Shown here: piece after piece, positions 8,567 through 18,333 of the stretch
How the letters are laid out: each line of letters opens with the position of its first letter
Position numbering within the stretch: position 1 is the stretch's first letter
From: an uncultured Caulobacterales bacterium
GTDB taxonomy: Bacteria > Pseudomonadota > Alphaproteobacteria > Caulobacterales > Parvularculaceae
Assembly (NCBI GenBank): GCA_964529675.1
Contig: CAZGXT010000001.1
Location: forward strand, 4,337 to 68,336
Direction of reading: 5' to 3'
Length of the DNA: 64,000 nt
The notes under the pieces: generated by a model
Told to the model about the DNA's origin: nothing
Seen by the model: only the letters and a program-made list of their open reading frames with translations
Databases searched by the model: none
Translations under genes and position numbers: made by a program

Positions 8567-11499
8567 GACTTCTGGTCTGCGCCGCCCATATTCGCCTTCA
8601 GCGCAGCAAGAACAGCAAAAGGCGAGTTCGGGTCGGGTTCACGACTGGGGCGCCGGGGTTCGCTCGAAAAACGGCGCGGTTCATTGTTCTTTTCAAACTT
8701 GCGCGGCGGCTTTCCCTTCCCGAATTTCTGCTCGCGGTGCGGGCGATCGTCACGCTTGCGCTCGGCGCCGTCAGATTTCTTTTCGTTCCGCGAGGGCCGC
8801 TTTTCCTGCGGCGGGCGCCGAGGCGCAAGGCGCCAAACCGTGACCTCTATCTCGCTCAATACGGCTTGCGTTTCGACCGGCTGGCCAGGCTCGGCGACAT
8901 TGACAGTCGCTTCGATGACCGGGTTCTCAGCGAGACTTTCCGCCGCACCATCTGGGGCGCTTTCGCTGATCGCTGGCTCTGAAGCATCTGTAGTCGGCGC
9001 AGAGGGCGGCGGCGCTTCCACGGCGGCGACAACGGCGGCCGGTGGGGCGACTGATCGCTTGATCGTTTGCTTGCGATAACCGAGCGATCGCAGAATGCTT
9101 TCAAACTCGTCGCCCGAACAACCGACAAGCGACATCATCTGCGAAGCGGCTTCAAAACCCTCCTTGCCGGCGTCAGAGGTGCGCGCCGTGCGGATCAGCT
9201 GCGCGAGGCGCTCGAGCATGTCGATTCTGACGGCCCGATCGCCCGATGGGCGATAACCGAGCGCATAAACATAAGCATGCGGCACGTCTTCCTTTATCGG
9301 GAAAGACACCAGGCCGGGCTTTGGCAGCACAAGATCCGACGGGTCGCGTTCGGTCCAGATAGCCCAAAGTAGCGCCATCATGCGCGCCGCCGCGGGCTTA
9401 AGCAGCGAGGGCATGTGTAGGGTGTATTCGCCGAACCGTATGCCGAGCTTTCGAAGTTTCGCACGGTCGTCCTGGCTCAACTGCTTCAGCGTTTCGCCAA
9501 ACTGGCTGCGCGACATTGCGCCAAAGTTCTCGACCAGTCGGTAGGCGACGCCGCGCGGCTGACCGGCGAGAGCGTCATCGGCAGTTGAGTCCGCCGCAAC
9601 CTTCAGCGCGATCAGTTCCGACAGCAGCACCTCAATGCGTGCGGCGACAAACGCAGTCAGCCGGTCGGCGACGCGCCCGCGCATGTTGGGCGTTATTGCG
9701 TCAAGGCCGCGGATTGAAATCGTCGGGCGAAGCGCTGTCGGCCCCTTGCGCAGTTCTGCGACGCGCGAAGAACGCCACCATACCGCGCCGTCGTCCTTAA
9801 GCTGCAATTCGCTTTCGGGGGCTTCGGCGAGCGCGGCTGCGCGCGCGGCAAGAGTGGGCGCTAGGGCTCGCTCCGCAGCGCCGCGCATCCGCTTGGCGTC
9901 TGCGCCCTTGGCGCGCGGATCGACGACGAACTCGAAGCCCAAGAGACGCCCGACAAACTGGCCTTCCACGATCACTTCTCCGTCTTCGGTCACGCCCGCC
10001 ATCAGCGGCGCCTCATCACGTAATTTCTTCAGGAGGATCGACGTGCGGCGATCAACAAATCTTTGCGTCAGTTTTTCATGCAAGGCGTCCGAAAGAGCGT
10101 CTTCTATCTCCCGGGTTTTCGCTTGCCAATAGGCCGCATTTTCGAGCCAGCCAGGCCTGTTGGAAAGATAGGTCCAAGTGCGGACCTGTGCGATCCGCGC
10201 CGAGATGGCGTCGATGTCTCCGTCTGTGCGATCGACCCCGGCCATGCGCTTTGCAAGCCAGTCCTCGCTGATCAGGTTGCTGTCATGGAGCTGGTCGAAA
10301 ATCTCGTTCAGCAATCGAACGTGCTGGTCGAATGAAGCTTTGCGGAAGTCAGGAACCTGGCAAACCTCCCAGAGCAGAGCGACAGCGCGCGAACCGCGCG
10401 CGCGATCCTGGATGTCCTCATAAGAAGCAAGCCGCGCAAGCGCGTCTTCGTCTTCGTCCGGCCTTGCTCGGACAAGCTGCGGCTTGCTCGACGCCGTTTC
10501 GAGGGACGCTTTCAGCGCAACGAGCGAGGAAAAGTCGAGCGCCTCCGAGCGCCATTGCAAGACCTCGACAGGATCAAAGCGGTGGTTGACGATCGCGTCG
10601 ATCGTCGATTCCTCGAAGCTTTCGCAATCGGCGGTTTCTCCGAACGCGCCATCCTTGATATGTCGGCCCGCCCGGCCCGCGATCTGCGCCAATTCGTGCG
10701 GCGCCAGCTGACGATAGCGACGACCGTCGAACTTGCGACCAGCGGCGAAGGCGACATGGTCGATGTCCATGTTCAGGCCCATGCCGATCGCATCCGTCGC
10801 GACAAGATAATCGACTTCTCCTGACTGGTAGAGTTCGGCTTGCGCATTGCGCGTGCGCGGCGAGAGAGCGCCAAGGATGACCGCTGCGCCGCCTCTCTGG
10901 CGTCGGACGAGTTCGGCGACGGCGTAAACCGTGTCAGCGGAAAACCCGACGATCGCTGTCCGCCGCGGAACGCGGGTGACCTTGCGCGGACCTGTGTAGT
11001 CGAGCTTTGAAAACCGTTCACGCGAGACGAATACGATTTCCGGAAAAAGCTGCTTGAGGATCGGCCGCATGGTCTCGGAGCCGAGCAGAAGCGTTTCGCT
11101 TCGGCCGCGCGCCTGCAGAATGCGCGAGGTGAAAATCCGGCCTCGCTCCGGATCGGCGGCGAGTTGAATCTCGTCAACCGCGACAAACTCGGTCGCCCGA
11201 TCGAGCGGCATCGCCTCGACTGTGGAGACCCAGTAGGCCGGCCGAGGCGGGATGATCCTCTCCTCGCCCGTAACGAGCGCTACGGTGTCCTTTGGCCGGC
11301 GCGCTATCAGCCGGTCATAGACCTCCCGGGCGAGGAGCCTCAAGGGAAGGCCGATCATGCCGGTCTGATGCGCCAGCAACCGTTCGATGGCGTAATGGGT
11401 TTTTCCGGTGTTCGTCGGTCCCAGGACGCCGACCAGCGAAGTGCGCGTGGGTTCCGGCGTCCAGTCGATGTCGTGGGGCCTTAGCTTTCGACCGGTCAT
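8563..11499 (-). CDS. SF2 SUV3-like ATP-dependent helicase (MgpS-like)
   Basis: GPTNTGKT, DEIQ, ATDAIGMGLN and QIAGRAGR motifs; low-complexity C-terminus ending DPNSPFAVLAALK. Confidence 0.9.
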   Translation of the reverse strand: MTGRKLRPHDIDWTPEPTRTSLVGVLGPTNTGKTHYAIERLLAHQTGMIGLPLRLLAREVYDRLIARRPKDTVALVTGEERIIPPRPAYWVSTVEAMPLDRATEFVAVDEIQLAADPERGRIFTSRILQARGRSETLLLGSETMRPILKQLFPEIVFVSRERFSKLDYTGPRKVTRVPRRTAIVGFSADTVYAVAELVRRQRGGAAVILGALSPRTRNAQAELYQSGEVDYLVATDAIGMGLNMDIDHVAFAAGRKFDGRRYRQLAPHELAQIAGRAGRHIKDGAFGETADCESFEESTIDAIVNHRFDPVEVLQWRSEALDFSSLVALKASLETASSKPQLVRARPDEDEDALARLASYEDIQDRARGSRAVALLWEVCQVPDFRKASFDQHVRLLNEIFDQLHDSNLISEDWLAKRMAGVDRTDGDIDAISARIAQVRTWTYLSNRPGWLENAAYWQAKTREIEDALSDALHEKLTQRFVDRRTSILLKKLRDEAPLMAGVTEDGEVIVEGQFVGRLLGFEFVVDPRAKGADAKRMRGAAERALAPTLAARAAALAEAPESELQLKDDGAVWWRSSRVAELRKGPTALRPTISIRGLDAITPNMRGRVADRLTAFVAARIEVLLSELIALKVAADSTADDALAGQPRGVAYRLVENFGAMSRSQFGETLKQLSQDDRAKLRKLGIRFGEYTLHMPSLLKPAAARMMALLWAIWTERDPSDLVLPKPGLVSFPIKEDVPHAYVYALGYRPSGDRAVRIDMLERLAQLIRTARTSDAGKEGFEAASQMMSLVGCSGDEFESILRSLGYRKQTIKRSVAPPAAVVAAVEAPPPSAPTTDASEPAISESAPDGAAESLAENPVIEATVNVAEPGQPVETQAVLSEIEVTVWRLAPRRPPQEKRPSRNEKKSDGAERKRDDRPHREQKFGKGKPPRKFEKNNEPRRFSSEPRRPSREPDPNSPFAVLAALKANMGGADQKS

Positions 11500-11543
11500 C
11501 GCGAGTAATCACCACCTGCAGAACGATGCCCGGCGTCGGATCC

Positions 11544-11572
11544 TTGACACCTCGGCGCCCGTCGACTATGGC
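11544..11572 (+). promoter_or_regulatory. Putative sigma70-type promoter of rpmB
   Basis: TTGACA-N17-TATGGC. Confidence 0.6.
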
Positions 11573-11652
11573 CCCGCGTTCCGCGTTCGCGGCCTGCAAT
11601 TTTGCGGGTTCGCGGGCAGCTTCCGCAACTTCGTGACTTCAGGGTTAACAAG

Positions 11653-11931
11653 ATGGCTCGCCGCTGTGAATTGACGGGCGTTGGACCGATGGTCGGACAT
11701 AACGTCTCCCACGCCAATAACAAGACGAAGCGCCGGTTCCTGCCGAACCTCTGCGATGTCACGTTGCACAGCGACAAGCTTGGGCGCGGCTACAAGATGC
11801 GCGTCACCGCTGCGGCGCTGCGTTCGGTTGACCATACCGGCGGCCTTGATGCGTTTCTTGCGAAGGCGGCCGATGGGCAGCTTTCCAAAGGGGCCTTGAA
11901 AATCAAACGCGAACTCGCCAAGGCTTCCTGA
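11653..11931 (+). CDS. rpmB: 50S ribosomal protein L28
   Basis: MARRCELTG...[19 protein letters not shown]; start moved to ATG 11653. Confidence 0.97.
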   Translation: MARRCELTGVGPMVGHNVSHANNKTKRRFLPNLCDVTLHSDKLGRGYKMRVTAAALRSVDHTGGLDAFLAKAADGQLSKGALKIKRELAKAS

Positions 11932-11970
11932 AGGAGCCTTTAGCTCCGCCTAACCCGCGGAGAGGGTTGC

Positions 11971-12672
11971 GTGGACATTCCCGCCGCCGTCGAACAGAGG
12001 CGGCCTGTCAGAGAAACGCCGCTGCAAGGGCTTGCGCGCCGCGCGCGCGAGTTGTTGGTCGCGCTTTTTCGCATGGCGATGTTATCGGCGGTTCTGCTTC
12101 CGATCCTCATCTTCTCGTTCTTCTCCATCGACTTGCCGTTTCGCGGCTTCGATCACTATTTCAGCGCTGCGATTTCGAAGCCGGGAAACTGGCTGTCGCT
12201 CGGGTTTCTGACCATGGCTGCGGCGCCGTTCCTGGTGATCCTGATCAGCCGCCGTTTCGGGGGCGAGGAAGCCTCGCGCGTCGTAACGGCGACCTGGACG
12301 ATCGCCGCGATCGCAGCCTTCGCGGGCGTTTCTTATCTCGCGCCGGTGCTGGAGTCTGGCGATATGCCCAGCGTCGCATTTGTCATCGCCTTCGTCGGCT
12401 CGTCGATGATGGCGCAGTTCGCCGCAGCGGCGGTCTATGATGTGACGCGTGGCAGCGAACGCTGGTGGCGCGCGCCATTCCTGGCGTGCCTCGCGGCGTT
12501 TCTGTCTCAAGGGATTATCTATTTTCCAGTCGTCTACTGGGGCTCCAACGCGCCATGGTTGAACTGGTTCGTGCAATTTGTTGCGCTGGCGGCGATCGGT
12601 ATCGTCATTTTCCTTGGCGGATACCGGATGCTGATGAGGCCGCTGAGGCCGCGCGGCGGGTTTGGCGGCTAG
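11971..12672 (+). CDS. Multi-pass membrane protein, divergent VUT/YhhQ (queuosine precursor transporter)-like
   Basis: About 6 hydrophobic segments; RRFG..ASRVV and WWRAP motifs; the position after rpmB is typical of this family. Confidence 0.6.
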   Translation: MDIPAAVEQRRPVRETPLQGLARRARELLVALFRMAMLSAVLLPILIFSFFSIDLPFRGFDHYFSAAISKPGNWLSLGFLTMAAAPFLVILISRRFGGEEASRVVTATWTIAAIAAFAGVSYLAPVLESGDMPSVAFVIAFVGSSMMAQFAAAAVYDVTRGSERWWRAPFLACLAAFLSQGIIYFPVVYWGSNAPWLNWFVQFVALAAIGIVIFLGGYRMLMRPLRPRGGFGG

Positions 12673-13874
12673 CGCAGAACGCCGACCGCTCGCCCAGCGC
12701 GCATAAACGCTGTTACGGCTCTGTCGACCTGTTCGTCGCTGTGCCCCGCGCACATCTGGGTCCTGATGCGGGCCTGCCCCTTTGGAACGACCGGAAACGA
12801 GAATCCCGTCACATAGACGCCTTCGTCCATCATCGCGGCGGCGAGGTCCTGCGCCAGCCGCGCGTCGCCGAGCATGACGGGGATGATCGGGTGCTCGCCC
12901 GGCAGCAGAGTGAATCCGGCCCTCGCCATCCCTTCGCGGAACCGCGTTGCGTTCCGGAATAGCTGAGCCCGCAACGCGTCGCCGCCCTTGACGAGTTCCA
13001 GCGTCTTTAGGGTCGCGCCGAGAAGCGCGGGCGTCAGCGCATTGGAGAAGAGATAGGGGCGGGCGCGATTGCGAAGCAGACGGACGACATTGGCCTTCGC
13101 GCAGATATAACCGCCCATGCCGCCGCCAAGGGCTTTTCCAAGCGTGCCGGTGAGAATGTCGATGCGCCCTTCGACGCCGCAATGCGCCGGCGTGCCGCGT
13201 CCTTCCGGACCCATGAAGCCGGTCGCATGGCAATCGTCGACCATCACCAGCGCGCCGTGCCTGTCGGCGAGATCGCAGATGTCCTTAAGCTTGGCGACAT
13301 AGCCGTCCATCGAGAAGACGCCGTCCGTCACGACGAGTTTCGTGCGAGCGCCGTCGGCGGCCGCTTGCTTCAGCTGCGCCTCAAGGTCCGCCATGTCAGA
13401 ATTGGCGAAGCGATAGCGCTTCGCCTTCGACAGGCGCACGCCATCAATGATCGAGGCGTGATTGAGCGCGTCGGATATGATCGCGTCCTCAGCCTCCAGA
13501 AGCGGCTCGAAAACGCCGCCATTGGCGTCGAAGCAGGCGGCGAACAGGATTGAGTCCTCGTAGCCGAGATAGGTCGCGATCTCCTTTTCTACGCGGCGGT
13601 GCAGATCCGACGTGCCGCAGATGAAGCGCACGGACGCCATCCCGAACCCATAGGTATCCATGGTCTTCTGAGCGGCCTCAACGATCTCCGCATTGTCTGC
13701 GAGGCCAAGGTAATTGTTGGCGCAGAAATTGAGGACCTTTACGCGCTGGCCCTTGTGCAAAACCTCAATCTCTGGTCCCTGCGGCGACAAGATTTGACGC
13801 TCGATTTTTTCGAGGCCCTGCTCGCGAATCGAAGTGAGCGTCGCATCCACCCGCGCATAAAACTCGGCGTTCAT
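12669..13874 (-). CDS. kbl: Glycine C-acetyltransferase (2-amino-3-ketobutyrate CoA ligase)
   Basis: [33 protein letters not shown] lysine in [16 protein letters not shown]; start set at MNAEF. Confidence 0.94.
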   Translation of the reverse strand: MNAEFYARVDATLTSIREQGLEKIERQILSPQGPEIEVLHKGQRVKVLNFCANNYLGLADNAEIVEAAQKTMDTYGFGMASVRFICGTSDLHRRVEKEIATYLGYEDSILFAACFDANGGVFEPLLEAEDAIISDALNHASIIDGVRLSKAKRYRFANSDMADLEAQLKQAAADGARTKLVVTDGVFSMDGYVAKLKDICDLADRHGALVMVDDCHATGFMGPEGRGTPAHCGVEGRIDILTGTLGKALGGGMGGYICAKANVVRLLRNRARPYLFSNALTPALLGATLKTLELVKGGDALRAQLFRNATRFREGMARAGFTLLPGEHPIIPVMLGDARLAQDLAAAMMDEGVYVTGFSFPVVPKGQARIRTQMCAGHSDEQVDRAVTAFMRAGRAVGVLR

Positions 13875-13994
13875 CGCTGTCCCTGTCTGTTTTTCCGATC
13901 TTGCCGGTTCAGAGTGATGAGGGTCAACCGGGCGCTTGCCATTCCGGTCAGGCCTCATCATGGTTCGACACCGCTAAGCTAGGGGGGGATCTTC

Positions 13995-15740
13995 ATGACC
14001 GCATCGCGCCGTGACCTGTTAAAGGCGGTTGCCGCCGGAGGCGCGCTCGCGGGCGCAGGCGGGATCAGCGCCTGCGCACGGCGACAAGAGGCCGAGGCGC
14101 TTGCCTCGCGAACAGACGGCGTCGCATTGACAGAGAAGGTTCTCGCGTCTGCCGAGAAGGTCGCAGGGCTCAACTACACCTCGACCGAGCGCGCGTTGAT
14201 GCTCGACTCATTGCAAGGGTCGCTCGAAGCCCTCGGCAAAATAAGGGGCGCCGCCCTCGATAACTCTGAGGCCCCCGCGCAGGTCTTCGATCCAAGGCTT
14301 CCGAAACGACCGGTCCGGTCGCAAAAGAACGTACTCATTCTCGCCGGTGAGCCGTCGTCAGCGCCGCCGTCTGATGAAAGCGCCATAGCTTATGCAAGCG
14401 TGTCGCAACTCGGAGCATGGCTGAGACGAGGCGAGCTGACTTCTGCAAGGCTGACCGAAATCTACCTGCAGCGGATAGAGAAGCATGATCCGGCGCTTTC
14501 AAGTTTCATAACAATTACGCCTGAGCTTGCGCGGACGCAGGCGCTGTCGGCGGACAATGACTTGGCCGCCGGAAAAGATCGCGGGCCCCTGCACGGCGTT
14601 CCTTATGCGCTCAAGGATATCGCAGACACGGCAGGCGTTCTGACGACCTGGGGCGCCGAGCCCTTTCAGAACCGGATGCCGGAGAGCGACGCCGAGGTCG
14701 TGCGAAAACTGAAGAACGCCGGGGCGGTGCTGCTCGGCAAGACGGCGGTCGGCGCCATCGCGTATGGAGATCAATGGTTTGGCGGCGTCACGAAAAATCC
14801 CTGGAATCCGCTGGAGGGTTCGAGCGGATCAAGCGCCGGATCGGCGTCGGCGGTCGCCGCCGGGCTCTGCGCCTTCGCTATCGGCACAGAGACGCTCGGT
14901 TCCATCATCTCGCCGTCAGAGCGTTGCGGGACCGCAGGGTTGAGGCCCACATTCGGGCGAGTGTCGCGCGCAGGCTTTATGGCGCTCTGCTGGTCCCTCG
15001 ACAAGATCGGACCGATTTGCCGCTCGGTTCAGGATACGGCGATCGTTCTGTCGGCGCTGAACGGTTATGATGCTGACGATCCGTCTACGGCGCGATTTGG
15101 ATTCACCTATGACGGCAAGATCGACCTCGCCGGAATGACGGTCGGATACGTTCCGAAGTGGTTCGAAGAAGGCGATGACGTCGATCGCGCAGCGCTCGAG
15201 GCGATGAAACGGCTCGGCGTCACTGCGAAGGAATTCTCGTGGCCTGAATTTGACTTTGAGCCGCTTTCGCAGATTGTCACGATCGAGGCGGCGGCGGCGT
15301 TCTCCGATCTCACCTTCTCAAACCGTGACGATGAACTATCGTGGCAGGCTGAAGAAGCCTGGCCCAACACCTGGCGCGCCGCGCGGTTCTTCCCGGCGGC
15401 GGATTATGTTCAGGTTGACCGGCTGCGCCGTCGCGCCATGGAGGCGCTGGCTTCCGCCTTTGAGGGTTTCGACGCGCTGATCGGACCTAGTTTCGCCGGG
15501 CAAGCGCTGCTGGCGACCAATGCGACGGGCCACCCGCAGCTCGCGCTGCGCGCCGGATTTACGCAGACGCCCACAAGAAGTCTTTTCGACACCCCGGCCG
15601 GCGGCGCTGCGCAAACCTTCCGGACGCCCCGCAGCGTCAGCCTGTGGGCGAACCTGTTCGATGAGGGAAAGATCGTGGCGCTCGGACATGCGCTTGAATC
15701 GGCCTTAGGCGTTGCAAGTGAAAAACCGCCCGGCTTCTAG
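13995..15740 (+). CDS. Amidase signature family enzyme, Tat-exported, probable lipoprotein
   Basis: SRRDLLK Tat motif + ISAC lipobox; HGVPYALKD, GSSGSSAGSA, GTETLGSI. Confidence 0.9.
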   Translation: MTASRRDLLKAVAAGGALAGAGGISACARRQEAEALASRTDGVALTEKVLASAEKVAGLNYTSTERALMLDSLQGSLEALGKIRGAALDNSEAPAQVFDPRLPKRPVRSQKNVLILAGEPSSAPPSDESAIAYASVSQLGAWLRRGELTSARLTEIYLQRIEKHDPALSSFITITPELARTQALSADNDLAAGKDRGPLHGVPYALKDIADTAGVLTTWGAEPFQNRMPESDAEVVRKLKNAGAVLLGKTAVGAIAYGDQWFGGVTKNPWNPLEGSSGSSAGSASAVAAGLCAFAIGTETLGSIISPSERCGTAGLRPTFGRVSRAGFMALCWSLDKIGPICRSVQDTAIVLSALNGYDADDPSTARFGFTYDGKIDLAGMTVGYVPKWFEEGDDVDRAALEAMKRLGVTAKEFSWPEFDFEPLSQIVTIEAAAAFSDLTFSNRDDELSWQAEEAWPNTWRAARFFPAADYVQVDRLRRRAMEALASAFEGFDALIGPSFAGQALLATNATGHPQLALRAGFTQTPTRSLFDTPAGGAAQTFRTPRSVSLWANLFDEGKIVALGHALESALGVASEKPPGF

Positions 15741-17017
15741 ACGCCGAGGGCGTCCTTCAGTCTGAACCAGGTCATCCCCATCGCGAGCATCGGATTGCCG
15801 ATGACGCCCGCGGCCGGAATGCGGAAATGGCTGATCTCCTCAAACAGGCTCGCGTCCGCGTCACGAAGGTCGAATGCGTCAGCGAGAATTTCCGCCGCTA
15901 TGTGACTGCAATTGACGCCGTGCCCGGAATAGCCCTGCGCAAAGAAGAAAGTCGACGCCAGCCGGCCGATCAGGGGCACGCGGTTAAGGGGAATTCCGAT
16001 CGTCCCGGTCCAGGCGAACTCGATCCTTGCGTCTGCAAGCTGCGGAAACACCCGCACCATCCGGGGCTGAAGCTCTGCGGCGATATCGGCGGCGATGCGG
16101 TTGGAATAGGTGCATCGCCCGCCGAAAAGCAGGCGATTATCGCGGGTGCGGCGAAAGTAGTCGAGGACCCAGTTGGCGTCCGCGATCGCGAGATTGTCTG
16201 GAATGAGCGCTCGAGCGCGTTCATCACCGAGCGGTGCGGTCGCCATCATGAAGGTCTGAGCGGGCAGCATGTAGCCGCCGAGCCGCTTCTGCGCGAGTTG
16301 ATGATAGGCGTTTCCGGCGAGGATCACCGCTTTGGCGCGAATCTCGCCTGCGCTGAGGCGGACGATGTGCGGTTCGCCCTCGACGATGTCGATCACCGGC
16401 GACGCCTCAAAGATCCGAACGCCCTCTCTCTCCGCCGCCTCTGCCTCGCCGAGGACGAGATTCAAGGGGTGGCAATGGCCGGCTCGCGCGTCGATCAGTC
16501 CGCCAACATAGCAACGGGTGTCGACGTGCCGCCTTAAATCATCGCGATCGACGAGCGTCAGATGATCGGCTTCGCGCCGGGCCGAAGCGTCGTTGTGCTC
16601 CTTGATGAGGGCGCGGTATTGGCGTTCATTGTTGGCGACCGTCATCGCGCCGCGCACATAATCGCAGTTGATGCCGTAACGCTGGATGTTTCGTTCGATG
16701 ATATCGTTGCCCGCATAACGCGTGCGGTCGAGGAACCGGACGCCCCGCTCGCCGAGCTGTTTGGCGAATTCGCCTTCACCGGACCAGCCGGGAAGCACTT
16801 GTCCGCCATTGCGACCGGAGGCTCCCCAACCAATTCGATGCGCCTCAAGCAAGAGAACGGACCGTCCACGTTCGGCGAGCGCCAGCGCAGCGGCGACCCC
16901 CGTGAATCCGCCACCAATGACGCAGATCTCGGTCTCCGCCGCTCCGTCGAAGGCAGGGCGCACAGGCGCTGCATGCGCGGTCGCCGCGTACCAGGAAGGG
17001 GCGTGCGCTGCGGCCAT
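15737..17017 (-). CDS. FAD-dependent oxidoreductase, gamma-glutamylputrescine oxidase (PuuB/PauB)-like
   Basis: IGGGFTG, GWGASGRNGGQ, HPLNL, LDYFR, QGYSGHGV; in operon with GS-like genes. Confidence 0.85.
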   Translation of the reverse strand: MAAAHAPSWYAATAHAAPVRPAFDGAAETEICVIGGGFTGVAAALALAERGRSVLLLEAHRIGWGASGRNGGQVLPGWSGEGEFAKQLGERGVRFLDRTRYAGNDIIERNIQRYGINCDYVRGAMTVANNERQYRALIKEHNDASARREADHLTLVDRDDLRRHVDTRCYVGGLIDARAGHCHPLNLVLGEAEAAEREGVRIFEASPVIDIVEGEPHIVRLSAGEIRAKAVILAGNAYHQLAQKRLGGYMLPAQTFMMATAPLGDERARALIPDNLAIADANWVLDYFRRTRDNRLLFGGRCTYSNRIAADIAAELQPRMVRVFPQLADARIEFAWTGTIGIPLNRVPLIGRLASTFFFAQGYSGHGVNCSHIAAEILADAFDLRDADASLFEEISHFRIPAAGVIGNPMLAMGMTWFRLKDALGV

Positions 17018-17019
17018 GA

Positions 17020-18333
17020 TCAGAATGCGGTCAGGTAGCTGTCATACTCGAAATCGGTGACGCGCCGATCGGCGACGCGCATTTCCTGCCGTTTCAGCGC
17101 GCTGTAGACCTGCACGAAGAGCGGACCGAATGCGTCCGCAAGCGCGTCGCCTTGCGTGAAGGCGTCAAGCGCGGAGCGCCACCCGATGTCGAGGCGCGGG
17201 GCGTCGGACTGATAGGCGTTGCCAGTCAAAGGGGGCGGCGGCGCCAGGTTTTTTTCAAGTCCGTGAAGCGCGCCCGACAAGATCGCCGCAAGGACAAGAT
17301 AGGGATTGGCGTCGGCGCCCGCCACGCGATGCTCAAAGCGGGTGTTGGCCCCGCCATCCGCCGGAATACGCAAGGACGCCGTGCGATTCTCGCGGCCCCA
17401 CGTCGCGCGCGTCGGCGCGTGCGACGACTCCTGAAAGCGCCTCCACGAATTAAGATGCGGGGCGAAGAAAATCATTCCCTCCCGCATCGTGGCGATCAGG
17501 CCGGCGATCGCGCATTCGAGCGTTTCCGCCTTTTCAAAGACGTTGGCGCCCTTGGCGTCGACAAGACTCATATGCGCATGCATGCCGTTTCCAGGCAGCT
17601 CGCCGAACGGCTTCGCCATGAAAGTGGCGACAAGCCCGTGCCTGGACGCGGTCCCGCGGATCGCGCGCTTCAGCCAGACCGCCTGGTCGGCGGCGGCGAC
17701 AATGTCAGGCTGATGCTTGAGGTTCACTTCAAATTGGCTGGGCCCCGCTTCAATGACCGCAGCGTCGAGCGGAAGGCCTTGTTCGTCGCATGCCGAATAG
17801 AGATCGCCGAGGAAGGCTGCATAAGCGTCAAGCTCCGCCATCGCATAGACGCGTCCCTCGCGCACGCGCTTGCCGGTGAGCGCGTTCTTCGGCGTGAGCG
17901 GGCGGCCCAATTCGTCGAATTCCCGCGCCAGGAGGTAGAATTCAAGTTCCAGAGCTGCCACCGGCGTGAAGCCAAGGGATCGCGCGCGTTCGCGCACATC
18001 GATGAGCGTCTGACGAGGGTCCGCGGCGAACGCGTCGCCGCCTGCTTCCGACATCATGACTTGCGCCTGCATCGCTGGCGGCGCCGTCCAGGGCGCAGGC
18101 CTTACGCCCGGCGGCAACAGGCGACAAAGTCCGTCGCTATCGCCGGTATCGACGACCAGCCCGTTATCGAAAACGTCGTTCCCCCAGATATCGACGCCGA
18201 TCAGGGACCGCGGAAACCGCAAGCCTGCCTTCTCGATCTTGACGATGTCCGCGACAGGAAGACGCTTCCCCCGCTCGACCCCGTTAAGATCGATCAGAAA
18301 CGCATCGACGAATTTCGGCGCCGTCCCGGTCAT
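17020..18333 (-). CDS. Glutamine synthetase-like gamma-glutamyl-amine ligase (PuuA/PauA-like)
   Basis: DLNGVERGK, ELEFY, EAGPSQFEVNL, TFMAKP, GNGMHAHMS, EHRVAGADANPYL; ATG 18333 overlaps the upstream stop (ATGA). Confidence 0.88.
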   Translation of the reverse strand: MTGTAPKFVDAFLIDLNGVERGKRLPVADIVKIEKAGLRFPRSLIGVDIWGNDVFDNGLVVDTGDSDGLCRLLPPGVRPAPWTAPPAMQAQVMMSEAGGDAFAADPRQTLIDVRERARSLGFTPVAALELEFYLLAREFDELGRPLTPKNALTGKRVREGRVYAMAELDAYAAFLGDLYSACDEQGLPLDAAVIEAGPSQFEVNLKHQPDIVAAADQAVWLKRAIRGTASRHGLVATFMAKPFGELPGNGMHAHMSLVDAKGANVFEKAETLECAIAGLIATMREGMIFFAPHLNSWRRFQESSHAPTRATWGRENRTASLRIPADGGANTRFEHRVAGADANPYLVLAAILSGALHGLEKNLAPPPPLTGNAYQSDAPRLDIGWRSALDAFTQGDALADAFGPLFVQVYSALKRQEMRVADRRVTDFEYDSYLTAF

